The position numbers and the translations under genes are program-made. This document shows positions 19,508 through 29,404 of a stretch of 32,000 bases of DNA, piece after piece. Location of the stretch: NCBI RefSeq assembly GCF_001457615.1, contig NZ_LN831024.1, positions 1,590,001 to 1,622,000 on the forward strand. The letters are read 5' to 3'. This stretch comes from Pseudomonas aeruginosa. GTDB lineage: Bacteria > Pseudomonadota > Gammaproteobacteria > Pseudomonadales > Pseudomonadaceae. The notes under the pieces are model-generated. The model made no database searches and was not told the origin of the DNA. It worked only from the letters and a program-made list of their open reading frames with translations. Positions within the stretch are counted from its first letter, which is position 1; each line of letters begins with the position of its first letter.

Positions 19508-21223
19508 TCAGCTCCCCGCCGTCGCGCCCGCCTCGTCGTTGGCCGGCGGCGTGGCACTCTTCACCAGCGGCGTATCGTAGCTGCTGGCCTCGTAGCTCAC
19601 GCAATGGCGGATCTGCGGCGGACCGTCGCCGGCATGCAGGGCGGTGACGTTGTCGATGACGATCTTGTCGGCCAGGGTCATGCGGTCGAGCATGCGCAGG
19701 TGCTGGATCCAGTTGTCCACCAGGAACAGTTCCTGCCAGACCTCCGGGTTGCTCACGTCGCGGAACAGCGACCAGCGCTCCGCGCCGTTGCGCAGGCGCA
19801 GGCGGCGCAGCGGCTGGGCGGCGCGAACGAAGTCGCGGGTGCGCTCGGCGGGAATCCGGTATTCGATGGAGACCAGCACCATGCCCCGCCGCGTGTTGAA
19901 GACGAAGCTCGGCTGCCCGGGCATGCTCGCCGGCGCGCGGGAAATACTGGCGGCGTCCATTTCCGGCAGGCGCGAGTTGTACAGGAGGATCACCGAGGCC
20001 AGCAGCAGGCAGCCGGCGGCCAGCAGCGCGCCGTGCACGGTCATGGTCTCGGCGAGATGGCCCCAGAGGAACGAACCCAGCGCCAGGCCACCGTACAGCG
20101 CGGTCTGGTACAGCGCCAGGGCGCGCGCCTTGATCCAGTCGGGGACGAGGATCTGCACCGCCGAGTTGTAGGTGGCGAGGGCGCCGATCCAGCAGCCGCC
20201 ACCGAGGATCAGCACCGGGAACAGGACCCAGAGATTGTCCACCAGGCCGAGGGTCAGCAGGATCAGCGCCAGGGTGAAGCCGGCCAGGCTGATCAGCCGG
20301 CTGCTGCCGATCCGCTGGCGCAGGCGCGAGACCTGGGTGCTGCCGAGGATCGCGCCGAGGCCGAGGGCGCCGAGCATGTAGCCGTAGATCGCCGCGTCGC
20401 CGTCCGGGTTGCGGTGCGCCAGCAGCGGCAGCAGGGCCCAGACCGCGCTGGCAGAGAGGCCGAAGGCGAAGGAGCGCATCATCACCAGGCGGGTGACGGT
20501 GGAGTACTGGGTGAAGCGCAGCGCCGCGGTGACGCCTTCGAGGATGCCTTCCGGCGGCAGGCTGCGCTTGGGCACGTCGCGCCGCCACTGCCAGATCGCC
20601 CAGATCAGGGCCATGTAGCAGAAGCTGTTGAACAGGAACACCCAGGCCGGTCCCACCGCGCTCAGCAACAGGCCGCCGAGGGCCGGGCCGGCGGCGCGGG
20701 CGACGTTGTAGTTGACGCTGTTGAGCAGCACCGCGTCGCTGACCATGCGCGCCGGCACCTGCTCGTTGACCGCCGCCTGCCAGGCCGGGATGGTCACCGA
20801 GCCGCCGAGGGAGATCCAGAGGATGGAGATGATCAGCAGCACCGGGTCGAGGTAGCCGAGGAAGGCCAGCAGGGTGGCGAACATCGCTCCGGTCATCTCG
20901 AAGCTGAGCCCCCAGAGCATGATCTTGCGCCGGTCGTGGTTGTCGGCGATGACCCCGGAGAGGATCGACAGCAGCACCAGCGGCAGTGCCGCGGCGACCT
21001 GGATCATCGCCACCATCAGCGGGCTGGCGTGGGCGTCGGTGACCACCCAGGCGGCGGCCACCGACTGGGCCCAGGTGCCGAGGTTGGCGAACAGGTTGCA
21101 GATCCAGATGATGCGGAAGGCCTGGATCGAGAACGGCGCCCAGGTGCCGGTGCGTTCTGGCTTGGCCGCTTGGCCTTCGGGTTTGAGGGGCAGGTCGTGC
21201 TTGGGCGAAACGGACTGGAGCAT
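19508..21223 (-). CDS. MFS transporter (EntS-like/MFS_3) with an additional C-terminal soluble domain
   Basis: 571 aa; MFS core (SGVIADNHDRRKIMLWG, ALALYQTALYGGLALGSFLWGHLAETMTV) followed by about 130 aa of non-membrane sequence (VSIEYRIPAERTRDFVRAAQPLRRLRLRNGAERWSLFRDVSNPEVWQELFLVDNWIQHLRMLDR). Confidence 0.85.
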   Translation of the reverse strand: MLQSVSPKHDLPLKPEGQAAKPERTGTWAPFSIQAFRIIWICNLFANLGTWAQSVAAAWVVTDAHASPLMVAMIQVAAALPLVLLSILSGVIADNHDRRKIMLWGLSFEMTGAMFATLLAFLGYLDPVLLIISILWISLGGSVTIPAWQAAVNEQVPARMVSDAVLLNSVNYNVARAAGPALGGLLLSAVGPAWVFLFNSFCYMALIWAIWQWRRDVPKRSLPPEGILEGVTAALRFTQYSTVTRLVMMRSFAFGLSASAVWALLPLLAHRNPDGDAAIYGYMLGALGLGAILGSTQVSRLRQRIGSSRLISLAGFTLALILLTLGLVDNLWVLFPVLILGGGCWIGALATYNSAVQILVPDWIKARALALYQTALYGGLALGSFLWGHLAETMTVHGALLAAGCLLLASVILLYNSRLPEMDAASISRAPASMPGQPSFVFNTRRGMVLVSIEYRIPAERTRDFVRAAQPLRRLRLRNGAERWSLFRDVSNPEVWQELFLVDNWIQHLRMLDRMTLADKIVIDNVTALHAGDGPPQIRHCVSYEASSYDTPLVKSATPPANDEAGATAGS

Positions 21224-21439
21224 CAGATGGGTGCCTTGTATCAGCGTGCCTGATGTCGGGAAAGTCTAGCCGCCTGGCGCCTGGGCGCCATTGATGGCGG
21301 TCATGGGGCCGGCCCGGCGTGGATAGACATTGGTCCGATGGCGCTATCGGAGAGTTCCGATGTCCAGGCAGGACAGTGCCCTGGGTGTCCCGCATTGGTA
21401 GGCTTGCCGGCACCGAGTCGAGACAAGAGCGAAAAGCCG

Positions 21440-22765
21440 ATGAAGTTGCTGTTGCGTTGCCTGCTGCTGGGGGCGTGGGTCGTCTCGCCGAGCCTGTGGG
21501 CCTGGTCCAACCATACGGTGGGCAGCTACCTGGCATTGCGCGAACTGGCGGCCATCCGCGAGGCGCCGGAAGTCGAGGTGGAGCCGCTGGAGGCGTTCCT
21601 CGCCGCCGAGCGCGGCGGACTGGCCGCCCTGCTGGACGAGCAGGAAGCCTACGCCCGAGCGCATATCGGCAACTACCCGGCGCGTCCGGACGCCCTGCGC
21701 TTCGCTGCCGAGGGCGAGGCCGGCGACTTGCGTCAGGCGTTCCTCGCGGCGCTGCGGGTCAACCCGGAGATCCGCCTGGCGCTGGCGCTCCAGCCGCTTC
21801 CCGGGCAGGACCAGCCGCAGCGCCCGCACCTCAAGCCACAGGAGGTGCTGGTGTTCCAGAACCTCTCGCCGTGGACCGCCTGGCGTTTCATCCGCCTGGA
21901 GCCCGGCGAGCGAGTCGCGCCCCTGGCAGTGCTGGCCACCGCCGCCGACGAACCGGACTACGGCCACGACATCAACCTGTTCAGCGACAACCCCGGCGAA
22001 GCCGGCCAGCGCTACGGCTTCGGCACCCAGCCATTCGGCGACCCGCGCTTCGAGTTCAGCTCCCAGGCGCCGTTCCACATGGGCTTCTATCACGAGGCGG
22101 CGGTGATCTACAGCGGCGCGCCGTTCCTCGCCCGGGCCTGGCCGGAATGGCGTGCCTACCAGTACTTCGGCCTGTCCCGCTTCGCCTTCGCCAACGGTCA
22201 TCCCTACTGGGGCTACCGGTTCCTTGGCTGGGGCATGCACTACATCCAGGACATCACCCAGCCCTACCACTCCACGCCGCTGCCCGGTGCCAGCCTGGCG
22301 GCGATGCTACAGATGGAGGGCAAGGCATTGCTCGGCTACCCGGAGGAAAAGCAGGCGGCCATCGAGCGTGTCGCGAACCGCCATACCGCGGTGGAGAAAT
22401 ACCAGTTCGACTGGCTGCGCCAACTGCTCCGCGACGGCCGCCCGCAGCCGATGCTCGACGCCTACGCCGACACCCGCCGCGACGGTGCCTATCCGGCCTA
22501 TTCGCCGACCTACTTGCGCGACGTGGTGGCCGCCGAGTCGAACGCCCACGCCGCGGCCTTCGACGCCGCCATCGGCGAATGGCTGGCCGCCCGCCCGGCC
22601 TCCGCCGCGCAGGACTTCAGCGAGAGCAACCAGCCACGCCCCGAGGCCCACGACAATGCGGTGCTGAACGCGCAACTGATCGAACTGATCGGGCATTTCG
22701 GCGCGCATAGCCGGAACATCGCCAGGGCGGCGTTGGAGACGGAGGAGGGTGGGGCGAAGGAGTGA
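21440..22765 (+). CDS. Secreted zinc-dependent phospholipase C / P1-nuclease-like protein
   Basis: Start MKLLLRCLLLGAWVVSPSLWAWSNHTVGSYLAL (signal peptide ending ...LWA, mature N-terminus WSNHT); metal-binding-like GMHYIQDITQPYHSTP and ESNAHAAAFD. Confidence 0.7.
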   Translation: MKLLLRCLLLGAWVVSPSLWAWSNHTVGSYLALRELAAIREAPEVEVEPLEAFLAAERGGLAALLDEQEAYARAHIGNYPARPDALRFAAEGEAGDLRQAFLAALRVNPEIRLALALQPLPGQDQPQRPHLKPQEVLVFQNLSPWTAWRFIRLEPGERVAPLAVLATAADEPDYGHDINLFSDNPGEAGQRYGFGTQPFGDPRFEFSSQAPFHMGFYHEAAVIYSGAPFLARAWPEWRAYQYFGLSRFAFANGHPYWGYRFLGWGMHYIQDITQPYHSTPLPGASLAAMLQMEGKALLGYPEEKQAAIERVANRHTAVEKYQFDWLRQLLRDGRPQPMLDAYADTRRDGAYPAYSPTYLRDVVAAESNAHAAAFDAAIGEWLAARPASAAQDFSESNQPRPEAHDNAVLNAQLIELIGHFGAHSRNIARAALETEEGGAKE

Positions 22766-22780
22766 GGAGGACGGCGGATA

Positions 22781-23203
22781 AGCGGCGGATAACCGCGAGC
22801 GGTTATTCGCCCTACGGAGCGGGGGCGCAGTCCGGCGGTTCCGGGGTGTGCAGGGCGGATAACGCCATGGGCGTTGTCCGCCGATGTCGCGGATGAGCGG
22901 CGGATAACCGCGAGCGGTTATTCGCCCTACGGAGCTGGGGCGCTGTCCGGCGTTTCCGGGGTGTGCAGGGCGAATAACGCCATGGGCGATATCCGCCGAT
23001 GTCGCGGATAAGCGGCGGATAACCGCGAGCGGTTATTCGCCCTACGGAGCTGGGGCGCAGTCCGGCTTTTTCGGGGTGTGTAGGGCGAATAACGCCATGG
23101 GCGTTATCCGCCGATGTCGCGGATGAGCGGCGGATGACCGCGAGCGGCTATTCGCCCTGCGGAGCGGGGGCGCAGTCCGGCGTTTCCGGGGTGTGCAGGG
23201 CGG
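22781..23203. repeat. Tandem array, 115-bp period, three full units and one partial unit
   Basis: The a/gaccgcgagcgg anchor recurs at 22791, 22906, 23021 and 23136 (exact 115-bp spacing). Unit: aaccgcgagcggttattcgccctacggagc[g/t]ggggcgc[a/t]gtccggc...ggggtgtg[c/t]agggcg[g/a]ataacgccatgggcg..tccgccgatgtcgcggat[g/a]agcggcggat. Confidence 0.95.
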
Positions 23204-23238
23204 CGAACCCGCCCCGCCAGGCGGGGCGATGCCGAGAC

Positions 23239-23469
23239 TTAGTCGCGCAACAGCTCCGCAGGCACCTCGCTGCGCAACATCAACTGGCACTGCTGACTCT
23301 CCGGGTCGAACAGGATCACCGCCTCGCCCCGCCGCAAGGCATGCCGGGCGCGTTCTACACGCACGTCCAGCGGGGTCTCGTCGCCATTGTCGGTGCCTTC
23401 GCGGGTGACGAAGTCTTCCAGCAGGTTGTTCAGGGTGTCGGCTTCGAGCAGGTCGTGGGGGATCAGCAT
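23239..23469 (-). CDS. UPF0270 / YheU-family small protein
   Basis: 76 aa MLIPHDLLEADTLNNLLEDFVTREGTDNGDETPLDVRVERARHALRRGEAVILFDPESQQCQLMLR matches the YheU pattern. Confidence 0.93.
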   Translation of the reverse strand: MLIPHDLLEADTLNNLLEDFVTREGTDNGDETPLDVRVERARHALRRGEAVILFDPESQQCQLMLRSEVPAELLRD

Positions 23470-23520
23470 TGGCGGTACTCCGGTATGGCGGCGAATGCTA
23501 GCGCGACGCATCGCGCACTG

Positions 23521-26277
23521 TCATGCCTGTCGCGAAGGCTGGCCGAGCAGGCGTTCGAGGGTGGCATAGAGTTCCGCCCGGTCCACCGGCTTGCCGAGGT
23601 AGGCGTCCATGCCGGCCTCGATTCCGGCCCGGCGGTGTTCGTCGAGGATGTGCGCGGTCAGGGCAACAATCGGTACGCGCGGCCAGCCCTGGGCACGCTC
23701 CTCCCGGCGGATCAGGCGGGTCGCCTCGAAGCCGTCCATTTCCGGCATCTCGCCATCCATCAGGATCAACTGGATGCCGTTCGGATCGCGCAGGTACTCG
23801 TCCAGCGCGAGCCGTCCGTTGCCGGCCAGGCGCACCGCGTAGCCGCGCTTGGCGAGGAAGCCGCGCACCACCAGCTGGTTCACCGGGTTGTCCTCGGCGA
23901 CCAGGATGCATGGGGCGTCCGGGCGTTCGTCCGGGGCCGCCTCGCTGCTCCGCCCTGGCTGTCGGCGCCGCTCCCGGTACAGTTCCAGCAGGGCTTCGCG
24001 CAGGGCCTTCACCGCCACCGGCTGGGCCAGGGCCAGCAGGCGCAGGCCTTCGTGCGGCGGCAGGTCCTGGCAGTGCTGCGGCGGGCATAGCAGGAGGATG
24101 CGCTGGCCTTGCTCCAGTTGCGCATAGAGGGTGTCCAGCCAGATCGACGGCGGCCCCGGCCAGGGCGCCGCCAGGACCAGCAGGGGCGGTGCGCTGAAGT
24201 CCTCCAGGTAGGCGTTCAGCCGTCTCGGCTGCAGGCAGCGTTCGACCCGCAGTCCCCAACGCTCCAGCAATGCCTGCAGGCAGTCCAGGGTCAGGTTGTC
24301 CTCGCTGGCCAGCAGGGCCGGGCGGTGTTGCAGCAGTTGCGCCAGTTCGTCCGCTTCGCCGGCGTCGAGGGCGGGGCTGAGCGGCAGGTCGACGCTGAAC
24401 TGGGTGCCCTTGCCCGGCTCGCTACTCACCTCGATGCGCCCGCCCATCATCTGCACCAGTTCACGGCTGATCGCCAGGCCCAGGCCGCTGCCGCCGTAGC
24501 GGCGGGTGGTGCTGGAGTCGGCCTGGGAGAAGGATTCGAACAGGGTCTTCTGCGCCTGGGCGGATATCCCGATGCCGCTGTCGCTGACGCTGTACAGCAG
24601 GCGCTCGCGTCCGCCCTCGTCGAAGCGCCGCTGCACGCGCACGGCGACATGGCCTTCGGCGGTGAACTTGAGGGCGTTGCTGAGCAGGTTCATCAGTACC
24701 TGGCGCAACCGTGTCGGGTCGCCGTTGAGGCGGCGCGGCACGCCCCTGTCCAGGCCGAGATGCAGGCGCAGGCGTTTTTCCACGGCCTGGGCGCTGAACA
24801 GCGCCAGGGTGTCGGAGAGCAGTTCCTCCAGGTCGAAGTCGATGCGCTCCAGGTGCAGCTTGCCGGACTCGATGCGAGCGTAGTCGAGGATATCGTTGAT
24901 CACCGACATCAGCGCGCTGCCGGAGCTGGCGATGGTCTCCACGTAGGCCGCCTGGCCGCGATCCAGCGGGGTGTCGCGGAGCAGTTGCAGCATGCCCAGC
25001 ACGCCGTTCAGCGGGGTGCGGATCTCATGGCTCATCTTCGCCAGGAAGCGGCTCTTCGCCTCGTTCTCCACCCGCGCCTGCTCGGCCGCCTGGCGCGAGC
25101 GGAAGCCTTCCTCCTTGAGCGCATTGATGCGGTCGGCGAGGCCGATGGACAGGGTCACCAGTTCCACGGTCATGCCGATCTTGACCACGCTGCTGCCGAA
25201 CAGGCCGAACAGTTCGAAGCCCAGCGAGGCGGCGGTGGTGACCAGGAACGACAGCAGCAGCGCGCCCCAGGCCAGGATGTAGTAGAGGCCGTAGCGCAGG
25301 CCCTGGCGCCAGACGTGGACGCCGGCCAGCAGCAGGCTGAGGGAGACCAGCATCACCGTCAGGCTGGCGAGGACGTTCCAGGCGCGCAGCCCCACCAGCG
25401 GCTCGCTGGCCAACAGGACCACGCAGGCCAGCAGCAGGCCGCGGAGGAAGCGGTCGAGGCGCGGGAAGTCGCGGCGGGTGTAGAGGTAGCCGCGGCTGAA
25501 CTGGATCGACACCAGGCAGCTCAGGTACATCAGCAGGTAGATGCCGGCCGACTCCAGCGCCACGTGTCCGGGCAGCAGCTTGAACAGCAGGCCGTCGAAG
25601 CTGGCGGAAAACAGGCCGAGGCTGAGGTTGTACAGCAGGTACCAGGCGTAGGTGGCCTCGCGCAGCGAGACGAAGAGGAACAGGTTGTAGCAGAACAACC
25701 CGAACAGCACCCCGTAGAAGGCCCCGTTGAAGCCCATCAGGGTTTCCTGGCTGGCCGCGCTGGCCGCGTAGGTGCTGAAGTACAGCGGCACGTAGACGGT
25801 GCTGGTGCTCTGCACGCGCAGCAGCAGGGTGCTCTCGCCGGGCGGCAGTCGCAGCGGGAACCAGAAGTTGCGCACCTGCACCGGGCGCTGGGAGAAGGCG
25901 AACAGGTCGCCGCTCTCCTGCTGTTCGATGCGCCCATCGGCGGTCAGCAGGTAGACCTTGAGGTCGTCCAGCAGCGGGTAGTTGATCTCCAGGAAACCGG
26001 CCAGGTCGGTGCCGTTGCGGTTGTCCAGGCGCACCCTGAACCACCAGGCTGCGGCGTTCTTGCCGAAGTTCGCGTGGTCGCCGCGCAGGGCGGCGAAGGC
26101 CTGCGCCGGCAAGGCGAGGATGTCGCCCAGGCGCGCCTTGCCGCCGGCGTCGCGGTAGTACTCGGCGTACTCGCCCAGGGACAGGCGCAGGTCCTCTCCG
26201 TCCAGCGGTGCGGGCGGCTGCGCCCGGGCCGGCAGCGCGCAGCAGAGCAACAGCAGGACCAGGCAGAGTCGAGACAT
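23521..26277 (-). CDS. 7TMR-DISM hybrid sensor histidine kinase with REC domain(s)
   Basis: Start [20 protein letters not shown]; periplasmic 7TMR-DISMED2-like region, seven TM segments, His[22 protein letters not shown], HATPase ([47 protein letters not shown]), C-terminal REC ([12 protein letters not shown]...[13 protein letters not shown]...PIVALTA...GKP). Confidence 0.93.
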   Translation of the reverse strand: MSRLCLVLLLLCCALPARAQPPAPLDGEDLRLSLGEYAEYYRDAGGKARLGDILALPAQAFAALRGDHANFGKNAAAWWFRVRLDNRNGTDLAGFLEINYPLLDDLKVYLLTADGRIEQQESGDLFAFSQRPVQVRNFWFPLRLPPGESTLLLRVQSTSTVYVPLYFSTYAASAASQETLMGFNGAFYGVLFGLFCYNLFLFVSLREATYAWYLLYNLSLGLFSASFDGLLFKLLPGHVALESAGIYLLMYLSCLVSIQFSRGYLYTRRDFPRLDRFLRGLLLACVVLLASEPLVGLRAWNVLASLTVMLVSLSLLLAGVHVWRQGLRYGLYYILAWGALLLSFLVTTAASLGFELFGLFGSSVVKIGMTVELVTLSIGLADRINALKEEGFRSRQAAEQARVENEAKSRFLAKMSHEIRTPLNGVLGMLQLLRDTPLDRGQAAYVETIASSGSALMSVINDILDYARIESGKLHLERIDFDLEELLSDTLALFSAQAVEKRLRLHLGLDRGVPRRLNGDPTRLRQVLMNLLSNALKFTAEGHVAVRVQRRFDEGGRERLLYSVSDSGIGISAQAQKTLFESFSQADSSTTRRYGGSGLGLAISRELVQMMGGRIEVSSEPGKGTQFSVDLPLSPALDAGEADELAQLLQHRPALLASEDNLTLDCLQALLERWGLRVERCLQPRRLNAYLEDFSAPPLLVLAAPWPGPPSIWLDTLYAQLEQGQRILLLCPPQHCQDLPPHEGLRLLALAQPVAVKALREALLELYRERRRQPGRSSEAAPDERPDAPCILVAEDNPVNQLVVRGFLAKRGYAVRLAGNGRLALDEYLRDPNGIQLILMDGEMPEMDGFEATRLIRREERAQGWPRVPIVALTAHILDEHRRAGIEAGMDAYLGKPVDRAELYATLERLLGQPSRQA

Positions 26278-26380
26278 GCAACTACTCCATGGACACGAGT
26301 CGGCACGCATGATGCTACGGAGGAAACGAGACAGGCGAGGGAACCTGCCATCAGCCTAGCAGTTGGCTGGAGAGGAGGGC

Positions 26381-26404
26381 GGCCTCCCCGGGGGCGGGGA
26401 GGCC
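26381..26404 (-). terminator. Strong GC hairpin downstream of the NAGGN operon
   Basis: ggcctcccc-gggggc-ggggaggcc, 9-bp stem, just beyond the peptidase stop; no U tract. Confidence 0.4.
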
Positions 26405-26413
26405 GGCGCGGGC

Positions 26414-27610
26414 TCAGCCCTTGTCGCTGTTGTTGCTGCTGTCGAGCACTTCGTCCACCGGCGGGACGTGGGTGCAGCTTTCCATGTGCACCGGATGCTC
26501 GAGCTGCTTGTTGAAGCGTTCCAGCGAGGTTTCCCGGGGCTTGGCGTCGCTGGCGAAGACCGGCGGGCTGAGGATGTAGGCAGTGAGCAGGCGGCTCAGC
26601 GCGGCGAGGCTGTCGATGTGCGTGCGCTCGTAGCCGTGGGTGGCGTCGCAGCCGAACGCCAGCAGCGCGGCGCGGGTGTCGTGGCCGGCGGCGATCGCCG
26701 ACTGCGCGTCGCTGTGGTAGTAGCGGAACAGGTCGCGGCGCAGGGCGATGTCGTGGCGCTCGCCGAGCCGCAGCAGGTGCCGCGACAGATGGAAGTCGTA
26801 GGGCCCGCCGGAGTCCTGCATGGCCACGCTGACGCTGTGCTCGTTGGAATTCTGGCCTTCGGCCACCGGGGCGATGTCGATGCCGACGAACTCGCTGACG
26901 TCCCAGGGCAGGGCGCCGGCGGCGCCGGAGCCGACTTCCTCGGTGATGGTGAACAGCGGGTGGCAGTCGATCGGCGGCTCCTGGCCGCTTTCCTTGACCG
27001 CCTTCAGCGCCGCCAGCAGCGCCGCGACCCCGGCCTTGTCGTCTAGGTGGCGGGCGCTGATATGGCCGCTCTCGGTGAACTCCGGCAGCGGATCGAAGGC
27101 CACGTAGTCACCCACCGAGATGCCCAGGCTCTCGCTGTCGGCGCGACTGGCGGTATAGGCGTCGAGACGCAGCTCGATGTTGTCCCAACTGATCTTCAGG
27201 TTGTCCACCTCGGTATTGAAGGCGTGGCCCGAAGCCAGCAGCGGCAGCACGCTGCCACGGAACACGCCCTGTTCGGTGAACACCGTGACCCGGCTACCCT
27301 CGGCGAAGCGGCTCGACCAGCAGCCTACCGGGGCCAGGCCGAGGCGGCCGTTGGGCTTGATCTCGCGGACCAGCGCGCCGATCGTGTCGAGGTGCGCGGA
27401 AACCGCCCGGTCGGGGGTATTCAGGCGGCCCTGGAGGGTCGCCCGGATGGTTCCCCGGCGAGTCATCTCGAAGGGCACGCCAAGTTCGTCGAGCTGCTCG
27501 GCGACATAGCGCACGATGGTATCGGTGAAGCCGGTGGGGCTGGGGATGGCGAGCATCTCCAGCAGCACCCGTTGCAGGTAGTTGAGGTCCGGTTGTGGCA
27601 GAGGGGTCAT
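26414..27610 (-). CDS. M42-like metallopeptidase associated with the N-acetylglutaminylglutamine amide (NAGGN) osmoprotectant system
   Basis: 398 aa; SAHLDTIGALV, SARHLDDKAGVAALLAAL, FTITEEVGSGAAG, DATHGYERTH metal/catalytic motifs; last gene of the operon, 4-bp overlap with ngg. Confidence 0.88.
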   Translation of the reverse strand: MTPLPQPDLNYLQRVLLEMLAIPSPTGFTDTIVRYVAEQLDELGVPFEMTRRGTIRATLQGRLNTPDRAVSAHLDTIGALVREIKPNGRLGLAPVGCWSSRFAEGSRVTVFTEQGVFRGSVLPLLASGHAFNTEVDNLKISWDNIELRLDAYTASRADSESLGISVGDYVAFDPLPEFTESGHISARHLDDKAGVAALLAALKAVKESGQEPPIDCHPLFTITEEVGSGAAGALPWDVSEFVGIDIAPVAEGQNSNEHSVSVAMQDSGGPYDFHLSRHLLRLGERHDIALRRDLFRYYHSDAQSAIAAGHDTRAALLAFGCDATHGYERTHIDSLAALSRLLTAYILSPPVFASDAKPRETSLERFNKQLEHPVHMESCTHVPPVDEVLDSSNNSDKG

Positions 27611-29364
27611 GAAGGCACCTCGCGGCTGAGGGGGAAGAGAAGATCGACGAAGCGTTCGGCGGTCGGCTGCGGCTCGTGGTTGGCCAGGCCGGCGCGCTCG
27701 TTGGCTTCGATGATCACGTAGTCGGGCTGGTCGGCGGCCTCGACCAGGAAGTCCAGGCCCACCACCGGTATTTCCAGGGCCCGCGCGGCCTGGATCGCGG
27801 CCTCGCGGAGGGCCGGATGGAGGGCGTCGGTGACGTCCTCGAGGATGCCGCCGGTGTGCAGGTTGGCGGTGCGCCGCACGGCCAGGTGTTCGCCGCTGGG
27901 CAACACGTCGTCGTAGCCATAGCCGGCGGCCCGCAGGGTGCGCTCGGTCTCGTGGTCGAGCGGGATGCGGCTTTCCCCGCCGGTGGCGGCCTGGCGCCGG
28001 CGGCTCTGCGCCTCGATCAGCTCGCGGATGCTGTGCCGGCCGTCGCCGATCACCGCGGCGGGACGACGGATGGCGGCGGCCACCACCTCGTAGCCAATCA
28101 CCAGCACGCGCAGGTCGTGGCCGGCGTGGTAGCTCTCCAGCAGCACGCGCGAATCGAAATGGCGGGCGGCCTCGATGGCCTCCTCGACCTCTTCCGCGGT
28201 GCGCAGGTCCACCGCCACGCCCTGGCCCTGCTCGCCGTCCACCGGCTTGACCACCAGCGAACCGTGCTCGGCGAGGAACGCGGCGTTTTCCTCCGCGCTG
28301 CCGGCCAGGCGCTGCTGTGGCTGGCGCAGGCCAGCGTGCTGCAGGGCGCGGTGGGTGAGGACCTTGTCCTGGCAGAGGGTCATGCTTACCGCCGTGGTCA
28401 GGTCGGAGAGCGATTCACGGCAGCGGATCTGCCGGCCGCCCTGGGTCAGGGTGAACAGGCCGCCCTCGGCGTCGTCGACGCGCACCTCGATGCCGCGCCG
28501 GTGGGCTTCGTCGACGATGATCCGGGCGTAGGGGTTGAGGTCTTCCTCCGGGCCGGGGCCGAGGAACAGCGACTGGTTGATGCCGTTCTTGCGCTTGATG
28601 GTGAAGGTCGCCAGTTCGCGGAAGCCGAGCTTGCGGTAGAGCGCCTTGGCCTGCTGGTTGTTGTGCAGCACCGAGAGGTCGAGGTAAGCCAGTTCGCGGC
28701 TCATGAAGTGCTCGACCAGGTGCCGTACCAGCGCCTCGCCGACGCCCGGCCGGCTGCATTGCGGGTCCACCGCCAGGCACCAGAGGCTGGAGCCGCCCTC
28801 CGGATCCTGGAACGCCTTGGCGTGGTTGAGGCCCATCACCGTGCCTACCGCGACGCCAGTGTCGGCGTCCTCGGCCAGCCAGTAGATCGGCCCGCCCTGG
28901 TGGCGCGGGCTGAGGCGCTCGGTCTGCACCGGAAGCATGCCGCGCGCCAGGTACAGGCGGTTGATCGCCGCCCAGTCCTCCTCGGTATGCACCCGGCGGA
29001 TGCGGAAACCGCGTGGCGGACGGCGCGCCGGGCGGTAGTCGGTGAACCACAGGCGCAGGGTATCCGAGGGATCAAGGAAGAGCTGCTGCGGGGCGTGGGC
29101 CAGGACCTGCTGCGGCGCCGCCACGTAGAGCGCGATGTCGCGTTCGCCGGGGGCTTCCTGCAACAGGTCGCGGGCCAGTTCCTCGGCGTCCGGGTAGGTC
29201 TGCCCGATCAGCAGGCGGCCCCAGCCGCAGTGGATGCTCAGCGGTTTCTCGGTGGGCTCGCTGTGATCTTCGGCGAGACGCGCCTGGAGGCGTTCGTAGG
29301 TGGGCGCCTGGATACGTTGCAGGCGCTGGTTGTGCGGGTGAGGCAGATGCAAGTGGCCTTTCAT
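27607..29364 (-). CDS. ngg: N-acetylglutaminylglutamine synthetase (GNAT acetyltransferase plus ATP-grasp domains)
   Basis: 585 aa; GNAT region (LWCLAVDPQCSRPGVGEALVRHLVEHFMSRELAYLDLSVLHNNQQAKALYRKLGF) followed by ATP-grasp (GSLVVKPVDGEQGQGVAVDLRT, VVGLDFLVEAADQPDYVIIEANERAGLANHEP). Confidence 0.9.
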   Translation of the reverse strand: MKGHLHLPHPHNQRLQRIQAPTYERLQARLAEDHSEPTEKPLSIHCGWGRLLIGQTYPDAEELARDLLQEAPGERDIALYVAAPQQVLAHAPQQLFLDPSDTLRLWFTDYRPARRPPRGFRIRRVHTEEDWAAINRLYLARGMLPVQTERLSPRHQGGPIYWLAEDADTGVAVGTVMGLNHAKAFQDPEGGSSLWCLAVDPQCSRPGVGEALVRHLVEHFMSRELAYLDLSVLHNNQQAKALYRKLGFRELATFTIKRKNGINQSLFLGPGPEEDLNPYARIIVDEAHRRGIEVRVDDAEGGLFTLTQGGRQIRCRESLSDLTTAVSMTLCQDKVLTHRALQHAGLRQPQQRLAGSAEENAAFLAEHGSLVVKPVDGEQGQGVAVDLRTAEEVEEAIEAARHFDSRVLLESYHAGHDLRVLVIGYEVVAAAIRRPAAVIGDGRHSIRELIEAQSRRRQAATGGESRIPLDHETERTLRAAGYGYDDVLPSGEHLAVRRTANLHTGGILEDVTDALHPALREAAIQAARALEIPVVGLDFLVEAADQPDYVIIEANERAGLANHEPQPTAERFVDLLFPLSREVPS

Positions 29365-29404
29365 GATCGCTCCTGGTTCGGGCCCCTGCGTTGGGGGCCC
29401 ATTT

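Noticed and set aside
22781-23203. CRISPR array interpretation of the 115-bp repeats
   Set aside because: Repeat units are contiguous with near-identical content throughout and no unique spacers; no cas genes are present.
26278-26413. Possible small RNA between the hybrid kinase and the peptidase gene
   Set aside because: Only a GC hairpin with no promoter-like or U-tract evidence; more simply the 3' hairpin of the minus-strand operon.
24109-26514. 801-aa plus-strand ORF opposite the hybrid kinase
   Set aside because: Q/A/G/V-rich shadow ORF; the minus strand encodes clear HisKA/HATPase/REC motifs.
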